Virus record (IMG/VR): IMGVR_UViG_3300037184_000106
Span: 1-52,237 of that record
DNA: 52,237 bases
Direction: 5' to 3' (one strand)
DNA from: a virus
Taxonomy: Duplodnaviria > Caudoviricetes
A program made the position numbers and the translations under genes. The notes under the pieces were generated by a model. That model did no database searches. It saw only the letters and a program-made list of their open reading frames with translations, and was not told where the DNA came from. This document shows positions 30,787-40,378 of the stretch, in pieces. Numbering within the stretch: position 1 is the first letter of the stretch; the number at the start of each line of letters is the position of its first letter.

Positions 30787-32274
30787 ATGAGTAAGATCCA
30801 AATAAAGAGAGGTTTAGATTCAAATCGACACAATATCGTTCCAGATGTAGGTGAATTGATTGTAACTACCGATACTCATACACTTTTTATTGGAGATGCA
30901 TTAACTTCTGGTGGTCTCGAAATAACTTCAAGTTATTCTGTTACGGCTTCTTATGTTGATTCGGCTTCATACTATCCGAGTGTAGCATCTCAATCATGGG
31001 AAGGTCTTCTAAACAAACCCACCGTTGTAAGTTCATCCACTCAAGTAGATTATAATCAGATTCAAAACCAACCAACGGAAATAGAGTCTTCTTCGGTATC
31101 GGTGTCATCTTCTTATTCTGAAACTGCTTCCTATTCTTTCACTTCATCATATGCAGTCAATATAACTCTTCCTGATGGTGTAATATCGTCATCTAACCAG
31201 CTTCCAAGTGAAATCGTATCAAGTTCGAACCAGATTATAACAGACATTCAAGGGTTAGGAATATTTTCTTCGTCTGCACAGCTTCCCGGTGGATTAGTGT
31301 CTTCGTCAGATCAGGTATTACTTGATACTCAAATTGTATCTTCGTCAGCTCAGATCATAACGGATATTCAAGATTATGGAATTTTCTCTAGTTCCGATCA
31401 ATTACCTTCTGGCATTGTTTCTAGTTCTGATCAGGTATTATTCAATAGCAACATTATATCCGGTTCAGCACAAACAATAATCAATCTTCAAGAATCTAAT
31501 GTATATTCAAGCTCCGCTCAATTGCCCGATGGATTGGTTTCAAGTTCTGATCAGTTACCCACAGCATCTTATGCGTCCCAATCTATCAGTTCTTCATATT
31601 CCTTATATGCAGAAACGGCATCATATGCATTGACAGCATCATATGAAATATCAAATTCATATGCATTATCAGCTTCTAATGCTCAGACGGCATCATACGT
31701 CTCTCAATCAACTACTCTTTTATCTATAATTGAAACGAATATTTTTTCTTCGTCTGCTCAGTTTCCAGATGGAACGGTGTCAAGCTCGTTACAGGTATTT
31801 CAGGGATCAAATATTTATTCTTCGTCAGCACAATTACCAGATGGAACCGTATCGTCGTCTATTCAAATTTTACAAGGGACAGATATAGTTTCAAGTTCAG
31901 CACAGATATTAACTGATCTTCAGTTATCAGAAATCTATAGCAGTTCAGCTCAATTGCCTTCCGGAGTCGTATCTAGTTCGACTCAAGTTGATTTCAATTT
32001 TATACAAAATCAACCGACAACAATATCTACTGCGTCGTATGTACAGTCAGCGTCATATGCTCCAACTATCCTTCCAAGTGGAACGGTGTCAAGCTCTGAT
32101 CAAATTCTTTTTGGAACTAACATTGTATCGTCTTCAGCTCAGCTTCCATCATCATCGTGGGCATCTCAATCAGTCTCTGCATCATACTCTTCAACGGCAG
32201 ACACAGCTTCATTTTTAACAGCTGCACCTTGGAATATTTACACGATTTTGGCATTTCAAGTAGCAATGGCTTAA
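30787..32274 (+). CDS. Ser-rich repeat fibre-like virion protein with Mtd_N-like N-terminus
   Basis: IQIKRG...GEL..TTDT..LFIGD; many (I/V)(V/Y/F)SSS(A/D/N)Q(L/I/V) repeats and TASYA repeats. Confidence 0.7.
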   Translation: MSKIQIKRGLDSNRHNIVPDVGELIVTTDTHTLFIGDALTSGGLEITSSYSVTASYVDSASYYPSVASQSWEGLLNKPTVVSSSTQVDYNQIQNQPTEIESSSVSVSSSYSETASYSFTSSYAVNITLPDGVISSSNQLPSEIVSSSNQIITDIQGLGIFSSSAQLPGGLVSSSDQVLLDTQIVSSSAQIITDIQDYGIFSSSDQLPSGIVSSSDQVLFNSNIISGSAQTIINLQESNVYSSSAQLPDGLVSSSDQLPTASYASQSISSSYSLYAETASYALTASYEISNSYALSASNAQTASYVSQSTTLLSIIETNIFSSSAQFPDGTVSSSLQVFQGSNIYSSSAQLPDGTVSSSIQILQGTDIVSSSAQILTDLQLSEIYSSSAQLPSGVVSSSTQVDFNFIQNQPTTISTASYVQSASYAPTILPSGTVSSSDQILFGTNIVSSSAQLPSSSWASQSVSASYSSTADTASFLTAAPWNIYTILAFQVAMA

Positions 32275-32322
32275 AAATGTAGATCGTCCCATATTTATAA
32301 CCAATACCAATAAAAATATACT

Positions 32323-33879
32323 GTGAAAAAACTAATAGGACATGACATAGGAAGTTATACTTTTAATCCATCGGCAAAAACGATTATTTTTTCTGGTGTA
32401 TCATTAACTCTTGACCAACTTCTCATAGTTACTAATGTAACAAGTGGATCTATTATTTATAATTTTGCGAATCCTTCTATGACCGGAAGTTTAGTCGGAA
32501 GCGTATTAACCCTCGCAACTGATACAACTGCAATGAATGGGTCAGACGCATTGCAGATCTATGTTGATACTCCGGGTACAAATGACGCAACTTATTTATT
32601 TACCGGATCGGTATCTGTTAAGGGGTCGGGAACAGCAATCGATACCACAGGATATCAATCTATAATTATTCAGGTTGATTCCGATAGTTCTTCTCTTTGG
32701 AATGGAACAGTAATGTTAGAAGGATCGAACGACCAATCTACTGGGTCTTGGAATGAACTGTTCATGACATCCATTGATGATTTTATTATATCGGATACTA
32801 TAACAGAGGAAGGCCAGTACATTATCAGAGCTTCAACCAAATATATCAGATATAATGTATATTCGTTACAGACAGGATCTATAGCTTTCAGTATAATCGG
32901 AAGAACCATGTCCGATGGTGCAGATGCTGCCAACCGTTTGGCGATTGCATTAGATCAATCAAGTGGAGTTAATTTATCTGTCGCTGTTCAAAATTTAAAT
33001 ACAGATGGTCAAGGAGGATTAATACTTAGTGATGCTCCCGCGAATAAAATGGCGACAGGAGTTGGCGCAGCTGCTTCGGCGGGGTGCCCACATCCATTAT
33101 TTACATTGGATACTGCTGGTTATGAAAGTGTGGCGCTTCAACTCTACGGAACGTGGGCGGGAACAATAACTTTTCAGGTTTCTAATGATGGTGCTAATTG
33201 GTTTTCGGTTTCCGGTTGGAATACAAACGTTCCTACTGCTGCTGTTATATCTTCAACTACGAACGGAATGTTTTCAATTCCATGTGTAGGTAGATGGTTT
33301 AGAGCAACGCAAACGGCGTGGACATCTGGAATAACACAAGCAACTGCATTTTTACGACTCCAACCAGCAAGTCCAATGTTGGCATCTCCAAGTATGGCCG
33401 CTAATTCAACTATTAACGTTGCTCAATGGTCAGGCTCTTCGATTATAAGTACGGGTGTGAGTGGATCGGTTGCTATAGGTGGATCGGCTACACTAGGCGG
33501 TCTTCCGGGTAATATAAACCCAGTTACAATTGGAGGTGTTAGTTATATATCTGGATCGGGCATAGGTGGGGCATCAGTTGCCGGTCCACAATATCCGGTA
33601 CAAGCAGTTCGTCGTTTATCGTTAGATCAGTTTGGTAATATCATATTATCGGGAGTCCCTGCCGCATCAAGCTTTCTAAATCTACCGGTTGCACCGGTAA
33701 GTGACATTACACAGTTAGAAGGTCAGTCGGCAATAGAAATTTTAAATCAAATATTAATTGAACTTAAAATAAGCAATCAATACTATGCAGATTTACCTTG
33801 GCAGCTTCAACATGGGGACTCTTATTACAATGACGCTCCTGAAGTTTTTCGAAATGATCCATCATTTTTTAAGACTTAA
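32323..33879 (+). CDS. Virion structural/fibre-like protein with internal domain duplication
   Basis: GTG start after TATTTATA; YTFNPSAKTI; duplicated DTxGYxS...WxGT....SND..W units. Confidence 0.6.
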   Translation: MKKLIGHDIGSYTFNPSAKTIIFSGVSLTLDQLLIVTNVTSGSIIYNFANPSMTGSLVGSVLTLATDTTAMNGSDALQIYVDTPGTNDATYLFTGSVSVKGSGTAIDTTGYQSIIIQVDSDSSSLWNGTVMLEGSNDQSTGSWNELFMTSIDDFIISDTITEEGQYIIRASTKYIRYNVYSLQTGSIAFSIIGRTMSDGADAANRLAIALDQSSGVNLSVAVQNLNTDGQGGLILSDAPANKMATGVGAAASAGCPHPLFTLDTAGYESVALQLYGTWAGTITFQVSNDGANWFSVSGWNTNVPTAAVISSTTNGMFSIPCVGRWFRATQTAWTSGITQATAFLRLQPASPMLASPSMAANSTINVAQWSGSSIISTGVSGSVAIGGSATLGGLPGNINPVTIGGVSYISGSGIGGASVAGPQYPVQAVRRLSLDQFGNIILSGVPAASSFLNLPVAPVSDITQLEGQSAIEILNQILIELKISNQYYADLPWQLQHGDSYYNDAPEVFRNDPSFFKT

Positions 33880-33915
33880 CTAATACTTATAACCAGAACC
33901 TAAATAACTTTTACT

Positions 33916-34551
33916 ATGCTAGTACAAAATCAAGTCGGTCCAATCGCTGCTGCAACGTCTTTAACTGCTGGTACACAAGTACCCGGACGTGCAGGTCAAC
34001 TCGGTGACTACATCTTTTCCAAGTTGAGTCCCGATTATTACGAAGCGGCATACCGCCGACTTTCTTTTAATGCTGCCAACCAAGCCGGTGCTGTTACTAC
34101 TGTAGGTTTAGCTGCTACCTATACAGGACTTGCAATTGCAAATCCAGTAGGTTCATCGGTAAATGCTGTATTGACAATGGCTGGATATGCTTTTCCTGTA
34201 GCTCCTGCTGCTGACGTTGTTGTTGGTATTATGGTCGGATTCAATGCCGGTACTCAGATTACCAATACTACTGCCGGTGTTGTTCACAGTAATTTCTGGG
34301 GTGTCGGTTCGATTGGTCAGGTCGTTGCGTCCGTATCGGCTACATTTCCAACTGCTCCGTTTTTGGCAAAAGTATTGGGTAAGGTTGATACTGGTGCCAT
34401 CTCAACGATGACACAAGTTGCTCCTGCACTCGTCGATCTTAAAGGATCTATCGTTCTTCCTCCCGGAGCATACGCTGCATTTTATACTTCAACTGTTGCT
34501 AATACAGCGGGTTTCTTCGGTTCATTTGATTGGTTCGAAATCCCAGTATAA
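33916..34551 (+). CDS. Structural protein, paralogue A
   Basis: Ala/Gly/Thr-rich; clearly homologous to 34561-35199. Confidence 0.6.
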   Translation: MLVQNQVGPIAAATSLTAGTQVPGRAGQLGDYIFSKLSPDYYEAAYRRLSFNAANQAGAVTTVGLAATYTGLAIANPVGSSVNAVLTMAGYAFPVAPAADVVVGIMVGFNAGTQITNTTAGVVHSNFWGVGSIGQVVASVSATFPTAPFLAKVLGKVDTGAISTMTQVAPALVDLKGSIVLPPGAYAAFYTSTVANTAGFFGSFDWFEIPV

Positions 34552-34560
34552 TATTATACA

Positions 34561-35199
34561 ATGATCATTCAGAATCAAGTTGGCACAAACGCAATTGTAA
34601 ATTCTCTTCCCCCCGGTTCTACCATTGTGGGAAGAGCAGGTGGATTAGGAGAAGGAATTGGTTCTGTCCAATCTCCTAATTACTACGAATCCGTATACAG
34701 AAAAGCTTCGTTTTTTACTTGTAACTCAGTACCAACGCAGGTAACAGGGGGATTAACTTCCTCATACTCTGGATTAGCGATTTCAAATCCTCCGGGATCA
34801 ACTATTAACGCAGTGCTTCAAAATATAGGATACTCTTTTCCATCGGCTTCTTTCACCGGTAGTGCGGCTGTGATAGGACTTATGGTTGGATATAATGCTA
34901 CGGCCCCTATCACAAACAGCGTTGCGTCTACCATTAGAAACAGTTTTGTCAACGGTCCTGTGGGTCAAGTAATCGGTTCAACTAGTTGCACATTTCCTAA
35001 CACTCCGGTTCTTACCAAAGTATTTGGAAAAATTGATACAGGGTCGATTACAGTTTCAACTCAGGCTCCTATGGGATTTGCGGAATTAAAAGGAACCCTC
35101 ATTCTTCCTCCCGGAGCATATGCCGCAATTTATTCATCAATATCTTCGTCAAACGCCGTATTGCTCGGTTCGTTTGATTGGCAAGAGATTCCTATTTAA
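34561..35199 (+). CDS. Structural protein, paralogue B
   Basis: Shares QNQVG, SPxYYE, GLAIxNPxGS, GKxDTG, LPPGAYAA, GSFDWxEIP with 33916-34551. Confidence 0.6.
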   Translation: MIIQNQVGTNAIVNSLPPGSTIVGRAGGLGEGIGSVQSPNYYESVYRKASFFTCNSVPTQVTGGLTSSYSGLAISNPPGSTINAVLQNIGYSFPSASFTGSAAVIGLMVGYNATAPITNSVASTIRNSFVNGPVGQVIGSTSCTFPNTPVLTKVFGKIDTGSITVSTQAPMGFAELKGTLILPPGAYAAIYSSISSSNAVLLGSFDWQEIPI

Positions 35200-35271
35200 A
35201 TTTATTATTATTTAGACAAACGTGTCTAATAATAGTGTTTTTGTCTTTCTCAGTTCTATATATATGGTATT

Positions 35272-35568
35272 ATGGAACAATCTACGATAAAAGAAACACT
35301 TCCTACAACGTTGACACCAACTAAGTTCACTGTTGATGAACAGGGAGAAATTAAAAGTATTCGAGATGGATTTGACCGTGCAACGGTAACATTTGGAAAT
35401 CTATATCTTCAGAAATTAGATTTAGAGAAGCACGAAAAACAATTACAGAAGGAATTTGAACTTCTTCAAAGTCAAGAAAAAGCTTTTCTTGACAAGATAG
35501 TTGCTAAGTACGGAGAAGGAACATACGATCAATCAACTGGAGTATTTACTTCAAGAAAAAAATCTTGA
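35272..35568 (+). CDS. Small coiled-coil protein upstream of sheath (possible assembly chaperone)
   Basis: Coiled coil ending IVAKYGEGTYDQSTGVF. Confidence 0.55.
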   Translation: MEQSTIKETLPTTLTPTKFTVDEQGEIKSIRDGFDRATVTFGNLYLQKLDLEKHEKQLQKEFELLQSQEKAFLDKIVAKYGEGTYDQSTGVFTSRKKS

Positions 35569-35661
35569 TCGACTTTTTCTTACATTTTAGTGGTTTTGAT
35601 CTTTTGAACAATATTTATACATAGACTTTTCATCTCTTCAATTTTATAGGAGAAAACACAT

Positions 35662-38646
35662 ATGGCACTGACAAAAAATGGCAATTACACACCCGACGAG
35701 CGAATTGTTTCGCCCGGTGTATTCACGAGAGAAAACGACCAATCCTTTTTGGCACAGGGAGTAGCTCAAATCGGCGGTGTTGTTGTGGCTCCTTTTCCAA
35801 AAGGTCCGGGATTTTATCCTACCGTTATCACAAACGCAAATGACCTGAGTAGCATCTTTGGTGATCCAGACGGAGTTCTTTATGGTCCATATACTGCACA
35901 ACAATATCTCGCTCAACAGGGTCAGGTAACAATCTGTCGTGTAGGTGGGCTTGCTGGGTATACGCAAAAAGGTGCATTAGTCATTTCGGCCTTCCCCGGC
36001 CAATATGATCGATTTGTTGAATCAGGTTCATTCTCTGGTTCAACGCTTGGTACGGTCATTACTACAGATGGACTCGGTAATTTTAGTATCCAAGGTACAT
36101 TGAGCGCTAAATTCACAACGGGTGAATATGCTGGTGATACATTGGTGGTAGGACAAATTAGTGGATCGGTCATAACTCCGGTGTATTCTGCAAGCGTATT
36201 ACAATCTGGTGTTTTCAACGGTATTCTTTATAATCAAACTTTACCGATTGATCCAAACTTCCCAACAACGGTTGTTTCTTCTAGTTTTGTTATTGTAAAT
36301 GTAAGCCCGTGCAAACAAGAAGCTCAATTCAATGGAAACATTGTTGGAGCATATGGTGTTCTTAATGCTGCAAGTTGGACACCCGGCACGGCTTCATCTG
36401 AAGATGATTGTGGTGGAGTAACCGGTTCTGGTACTCGTGATGAAGTGGTTCTAGCTGTATTGGCTAACACCGCTCTTGATCGTGGTCAGGAACTATATGG
36501 ATTCAGTGGATCTATTCTAACTCCAACAAACGAAGCATTGAGTTCTGTTTATCAGCTCGCATTAAATGAAACCTATTTCGACGTAGCACTTGGTCAGTAT
36601 ATTTCAAGTTCTTATGGAACATATACTTTCTCAGTCGATCCTTCCAATCCATCGTATATTACGGCGGTCTTTGGAACTAATCCAGAAGCTGGTTATGTTG
36701 CCGTTGCTACTGGTCAAAAAGTTGAAGCAGCATATACCTATGTTCACTTCGATAACTTGGCGCAGAAAATTGTAAACGAAATGCTTGCATCAGGAAGCTG
36801 GAAAATACAAGTTTCTGTTCGTGATGATGCATTGACATTTGCTGATGGTATTACACCTGATGTTGGAACGTCTGCTTATGATTTACGTGAAGCAGTAACT
36901 CCATTTATTCGTTCACAACAGATTTCTCCATATAGTGGATCTGGTCCACAAACTGCTGCTGAATATGATCTGTTTGCTGTTCATACTCTTTCTGATGGTA
37001 CGAATATGAATACGACATACAAGATTGAAATCTCCAATGTCAAATCTCCGGGATCAATTCCAAATTCAGACTTCGGTGCGTTTGACTTAACCGTTAGAAA
37101 CTTCTATGATACGGATCAACGTACCAACATTCTTGAAAGCTATCCTAACTTGTCGCTTGATCCAAACAGCGCCAATTTCGTTGCTCGGAAAATCGGTGAC
37201 ACGTACAGTTATATCGATTTCAATGGTAAAATCACAGAATATGGAACCTATGCCAACGTAAGTAAACTAATTCGTATTGAGATGGCATCTTCGCCATATC
37301 CAGATAATTCAATTCCATTTGGTTTCGGGCCATATTCAACACCAGTAGGTGGAGATTATGCTCGCCTTGGAAAGTTACCTAGCATCCAATACACTAGCGC
37401 GTCGATCTGGTCGGAAAGTCCCGGACGTTATGCTTCCGGAATCGCATTTAATCCGGCTCCAGCGAATTCTGATGATGAATTAGCTGCACTCTATCCAAAC
37501 GGAACCGAAGTTGGTCCTGAACGTGATAATTTTGAGTATTTCAATCCAATTCCAATTGGTGCCGCCACCAAAGGTGCTGGATTCAGTCTCCAAAACATTG
37601 GAGTTACTCCAGATTACGTTCCTACGAACGAATCAGTTAATCGTGATATGCGTCGTTTCGTCCTCGGTTTCCAAGCCGGTTTTGATGGCCAGAGTCCTTC
37701 TATTCCGATCTTGGTTGGAAACGACATTATTCCAACCAATCAACAGGGTCTAGACTGTTCGACTAATAAGAGTTTCGGAACTTATGCTTACAAACAAGCC
37801 TTGGCCGCTCTCGGAAATGCTGATGAGTGGGATTTCAACTTAATCGTTATTCCCGGAATCAACTATCAATATCATCCATATGTCGCAACTCTTGCAGTCA
37901 ATGTTTGCGAAACCCGTGGTGACGCTTTCTACATCATGGACATCGCTCCAAATCAAGTAGCTGGTGACGCTTCTATTAATAACGTAATCGAACTCGCTTC
38001 CGATTTCGATACTAATTATGCCGCGACCTATTATCCTTGGATAAAGATTTTGGACTCGAATACCAATAAGATCATTCCTGTTCCACCGTCTGTTCCAATG
38101 ATGTCGGTTTATGCAGCGAACGATGCTGTAGCCGCTGAATGGTTTGCTCCAGCTGGTCTAAATCGTGGTGGTCTCCCAGCTGCAAAGCAAGTTATAGACC
38201 GTCTCACTCACCGTGATCGTGATAGTCTTTATGAAAATAAAGTCAATCCAATCGCTGCCTTCCCCGGACAAGGGATCGTTGCATGGGGAAACAAGACACT
38301 TCAACAGAAGCCATCAGCACTTGACCGAATCAACGTTCGCCGTCTATTGATTGCTCTTAAGAAGTTCATTGCTTCTTCATCTCGTTACTTGGTATTCGAA
38401 CAGTCTGTTTCGACTACATGGTTGAAATTCACAAATATGGCAAATCCATACCTTGAAGGAGTTCAACAACGTAGTGGTCTTTATGCCTTTAAGGTAGTTA
38501 TGGATTCATCTAATAACACACCAGATAAGATCGATCAGAATATCATGTACGGTCAAATTTGGTTGCAGCCCACGAAGACAGCTGAATTTATAATATTAGA
38601 CTTCAATATAACCCCTACGGGTGCCCAGTTTGGGACCGGAGTATAA
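35662..38646 (+). CDS. gp18: Tail sheath protein (T4 gp18-like)
   Basis: VSPGVFTREND, WFAPAGLNRG, LYENKVNPI, WGNKTLQ, LDRINVRRLL, AEFIILDF; SD AGGAG. Confidence 0.95.
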   Translation: MALTKNGNYTPDERIVSPGVFTRENDQSFLAQGVAQIGGVVVAPFPKGPGFYPTVITNANDLSSIFGDPDGVLYGPYTAQQYLAQQGQVTICRVGGLAGYTQKGALVISAFPGQYDRFVESGSFSGSTLGTVITTDGLGNFSIQGTLSAKFTTGEYAGDTLVVGQISGSVITPVYSASVLQSGVFNGILYNQTLPIDPNFPTTVVSSSFVIVNVSPCKQEAQFNGNIVGAYGVLNAASWTPGTASSEDDCGGVTGSGTRDEVVLAVLANTALDRGQELYGFSGSILTPTNEALSSVYQLALNETYFDVALGQYISSSYGTYTFSVDPSNPSYITAVFGTNPEAGYVAVATGQKVEAAYTYVHFDNLAQKIVNEMLASGSWKIQVSVRDDALTFADGITPDVGTSAYDLREAVTPFIRSQQISPYSGSGPQTAAEYDLFAVHTLSDGTNMNTTYKIEISNVKSPGSIPNSDFGAFDLTVRNFYDTDQRTNILESYPNLSLDPNSANFVARKIGDTYSYIDFNGKITEYGTYANVSKLIRIEMASSPYPDNSIPFGFGPYSTPVGGDYARLGKLPSIQYTSASIWSESPGRYASGIAFNPAPANSDDELAALYPNGTEVGPERDNFEYFNPIPIGAATKGAGFSLQNIGVTPDYVPTNESVNRDMRRFVLGFQAGFDGQSPSIPILVGNDIIPTNQQGLDCSTNKSFGTYAYKQALAALGNADEWDFNLIVIPGINYQYHPYVATLAVNVCETRGDAFYIMDIAPNQVAGDASINNVIELASDFDTNYAATYYPWIKILDSNTNKIIPVPPSVPMMSVYAANDAVAAEWFAPAGLNRGGLPAAKQVIDRLTHRDRDSLYENKVNPIAAFPGQGIVAWGNKTLQQKPSALDRINVRRLLIALKKFIASSSRYLVFEQSVSTTWLKFTNMANPYLEGVQQRSGLYAFKVVMDSSNNTPDKIDQNIMYGQIWLQPTKTAEFIILDFNITPTGAQFGTGV

Positions 38647-38662
38647 TCTAAACTCTCCTCTG

Positions 38663-38695
38663 AAAGTCCGTCCCTTCTGGGACGGATTTTTTTTT
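38663..38695 (+). terminator. Intrinsic terminator after sheath gene
   Basis: TCCGTCCC-TTCT-GGGACGGA + T9. Confidence 0.85.
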
Positions 38696-38758
38696 GCTCT
38701 TATTTATGTGTTTGATATTTCTACTTACTATTTATCTAGTAGGATTTTAATAATACAC

Positions 38759-39745
38759 ATGAAAAACACAGAATCATTTCGATATAAACATTATTTAAGA
38801 GTCATGAAACGTTTAACTATGGGAGGAGTTATTCCAGCATTCAATTTCGAAAATTACACCGGAACTAAAAATGTTGAATATAAATTTAAATGTATTTCTT
38901 GTGATTTTGAATTTTCTGGTACTCTCGATAATGGCCACACACCATTATGTCCGAAATGTCATCCGAATAGATTGACTATAAATCTTGGCCATCCAGACAC
39001 CATAGTCAAAAAATGTGAAGAATGTAATAAATATTTTTTAGTAATATGGAAAAACCGCAATCAGAGATTTTGTTCAGTATCATGTAAAAGAACCTTTATC
39101 TCAAAGAGTGTCAGAGAAACGGTTAATTGTTTAAATTGTGGAAAACCATTTGTACGACGTAAAAAAGCTGATAGTGGAAGAGAAAACCCAAGACAATATT
39201 GTTCAAATCATTGTTCAGTTATTTCATTAGAGAACCGAAATAAGCGCAGGGAGTGGGGATTATCAGGAAATAACCATTGGAGAAAATCAGAGTGTCAAGC
39301 CAAAGTATCAGAAACAAAATTGAAAAGATACGGAAATAAAAAATATAATAACACTGATAGACAACTAAAAACTATAAAAGATAGATATGGAGTTTATTGT
39401 TCTTTCGATTTACCACAATCAAAATCAGGTGGCCACAGAGTCTCAAAATTTCAAAAAATTACCTATGAGAGAATTTTAAAAGACAATCCAGATGCACTCT
39501 TAGAAGAATATCTTAGCGACGTAGAAAGATCGGTTGATATCTATATTCCTTCTAAAAAACACATCGTTGAGTGCAACGGAGATTATTGGCATTGCAATCC
39601 AAAAATTTACGGTCCAGATTACTATAACAAATTAGTCCACTTGACGGCGCAAGAAATATGGGACAAGGACGAAGAAAAATATAGACAATTACGATCTAAT
39701 GGATATTCTGTTGACATTGTTTGGGAAAACTCCCGAAACCATTAA
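38759..39745 (+). CDS. Putative homing endonuclease (CxxC zinc ribbons + DUF559/Vsr-like nuclease)
   Basis: Start ATG 38759; CISC, CPKC, CEEC, FCSVSC, CLNC, YCSNHC; VDIYIP...VECNGDYWH...IVWE. Confidence 0.8.
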   Translation: MKNTESFRYKHYLRVMKRLTMGGVIPAFNFENYTGTKNVEYKFKCISCDFEFSGTLDNGHTPLCPKCHPNRLTINLGHPDTIVKKCEECNKYFLVIWKNRNQRFCSVSCKRTFISKSVRETVNCLNCGKPFVRRKKADSGRENPRQYCSNHCSVISLENRNKRREWGLSGNNHWRKSECQAKVSETKLKRYGNKKYNNTDRQLKTIKDRYGVYCSFDLPQSKSGGHRVSKFQKITYERILKDNPDALLEEYLSDVERSVDIYIPSKKHIVECNGDYWHCNPKIYGPDYYNKLVHLTAQEIWDKDEEKYRQLRSNGYSVDIVWENSRNH

Positions 39746-39766
39746 AACAGTTATATTTATAAGCAT

Positions 39767-40378
39767 ATGCAGATTCTATTACGAGATATACTTTCGGAAA
39801 TTACCTCTACAGAAGATCCGAAAGACACGCCATTAAAAGTTCAAATCTATTGTGATATGGATGGAGTCCTCGTGGACATGGACAAAGGATTCAAGGAGCT
39901 TTCCGGAGGTTATACTGTAGACAATTATGTGGACAAATTTGGTGGTGATCGAAAGATCGCTCAAAAGAATTTTTGGAAACTTATCGGAAGAAAAGCGGAT
40001 TTCTGGAGTTCACTTGATCCAATGCCAGATGCATCGATACTATGGAAGTTTATTACTGACAACTTCAAAGATCCCGTTCCAGTTGTATTGAGTGCCGGTC
40101 AAGGTTCTAAATTAGCACAGCAAAAAACTGAATGGATTCATAGACATTTTGGTCCACATGTTCGCGTAATAATTGCAACTAAAGGAGTAGATAAACCGAA
40201 CTACATTCTTGATAATGGAACTCCAGAAGAAGGACAATATATTACTAATGTTCTAATTGACGACACTCAGAAAAATATCAATGCTTGGGATAGCGAACCA
40301 AAACATAGAATTGCTATATTTCATAAGAATGCTGCTGAAACGATCAAGGCATTACAGCCGTTCATCGATAAACAATAA
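39767..40378 (+). CDS. HAD-family 5'(3')-deoxyribonucleotidase-like protein
   Basis: IYCDMDGVLVD, FWSSLDPMPDA, VLSA, KTEWI, LIDD. Confidence 0.85.
   Translation: MQILLRDILSEITSTEDPKDTPLKVQIYCDMDGVLVDMDKGFKELSGGYTVDNYVDKFGGDRKIAQKNFWKLIGRKADFWSSLDPMPDASILWKFITDNFKDPVPVVLSAGQGSKLAQQKTEWIHRHFGPHVRVIIATKGVDKPNYILDNGTPEEGQYITNVLIDDTQKNINAWDSEPKHRIAIFHKNAAETIKALQPFIDKQ

Noticed and set aside
30787-30900. Mtd_N-like N-terminus suggesting a diversity-generating retroelement target
   Set aside because: No reverse transcriptase, no TR/VR pair differing at adenines and no C-terminal lectin-like domain seen in the window
31150-32160. Periodic repeats as a possible CRISPR or ncRNA array
   Set aside because: Repeats are conserved only at amino-acid level with synonymous variation, inside an open reading frame
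38621-38758. N-terminal extensions from track-chosen upstream starts (also 5725, 12891, 23443, 27855, 42950, 45503, 46217, 48924, 51149)
   Set aside because: They run through terminators, promoters or neighbouring genes; downstream ATGs fit the promoter motifs and paralogue alignments
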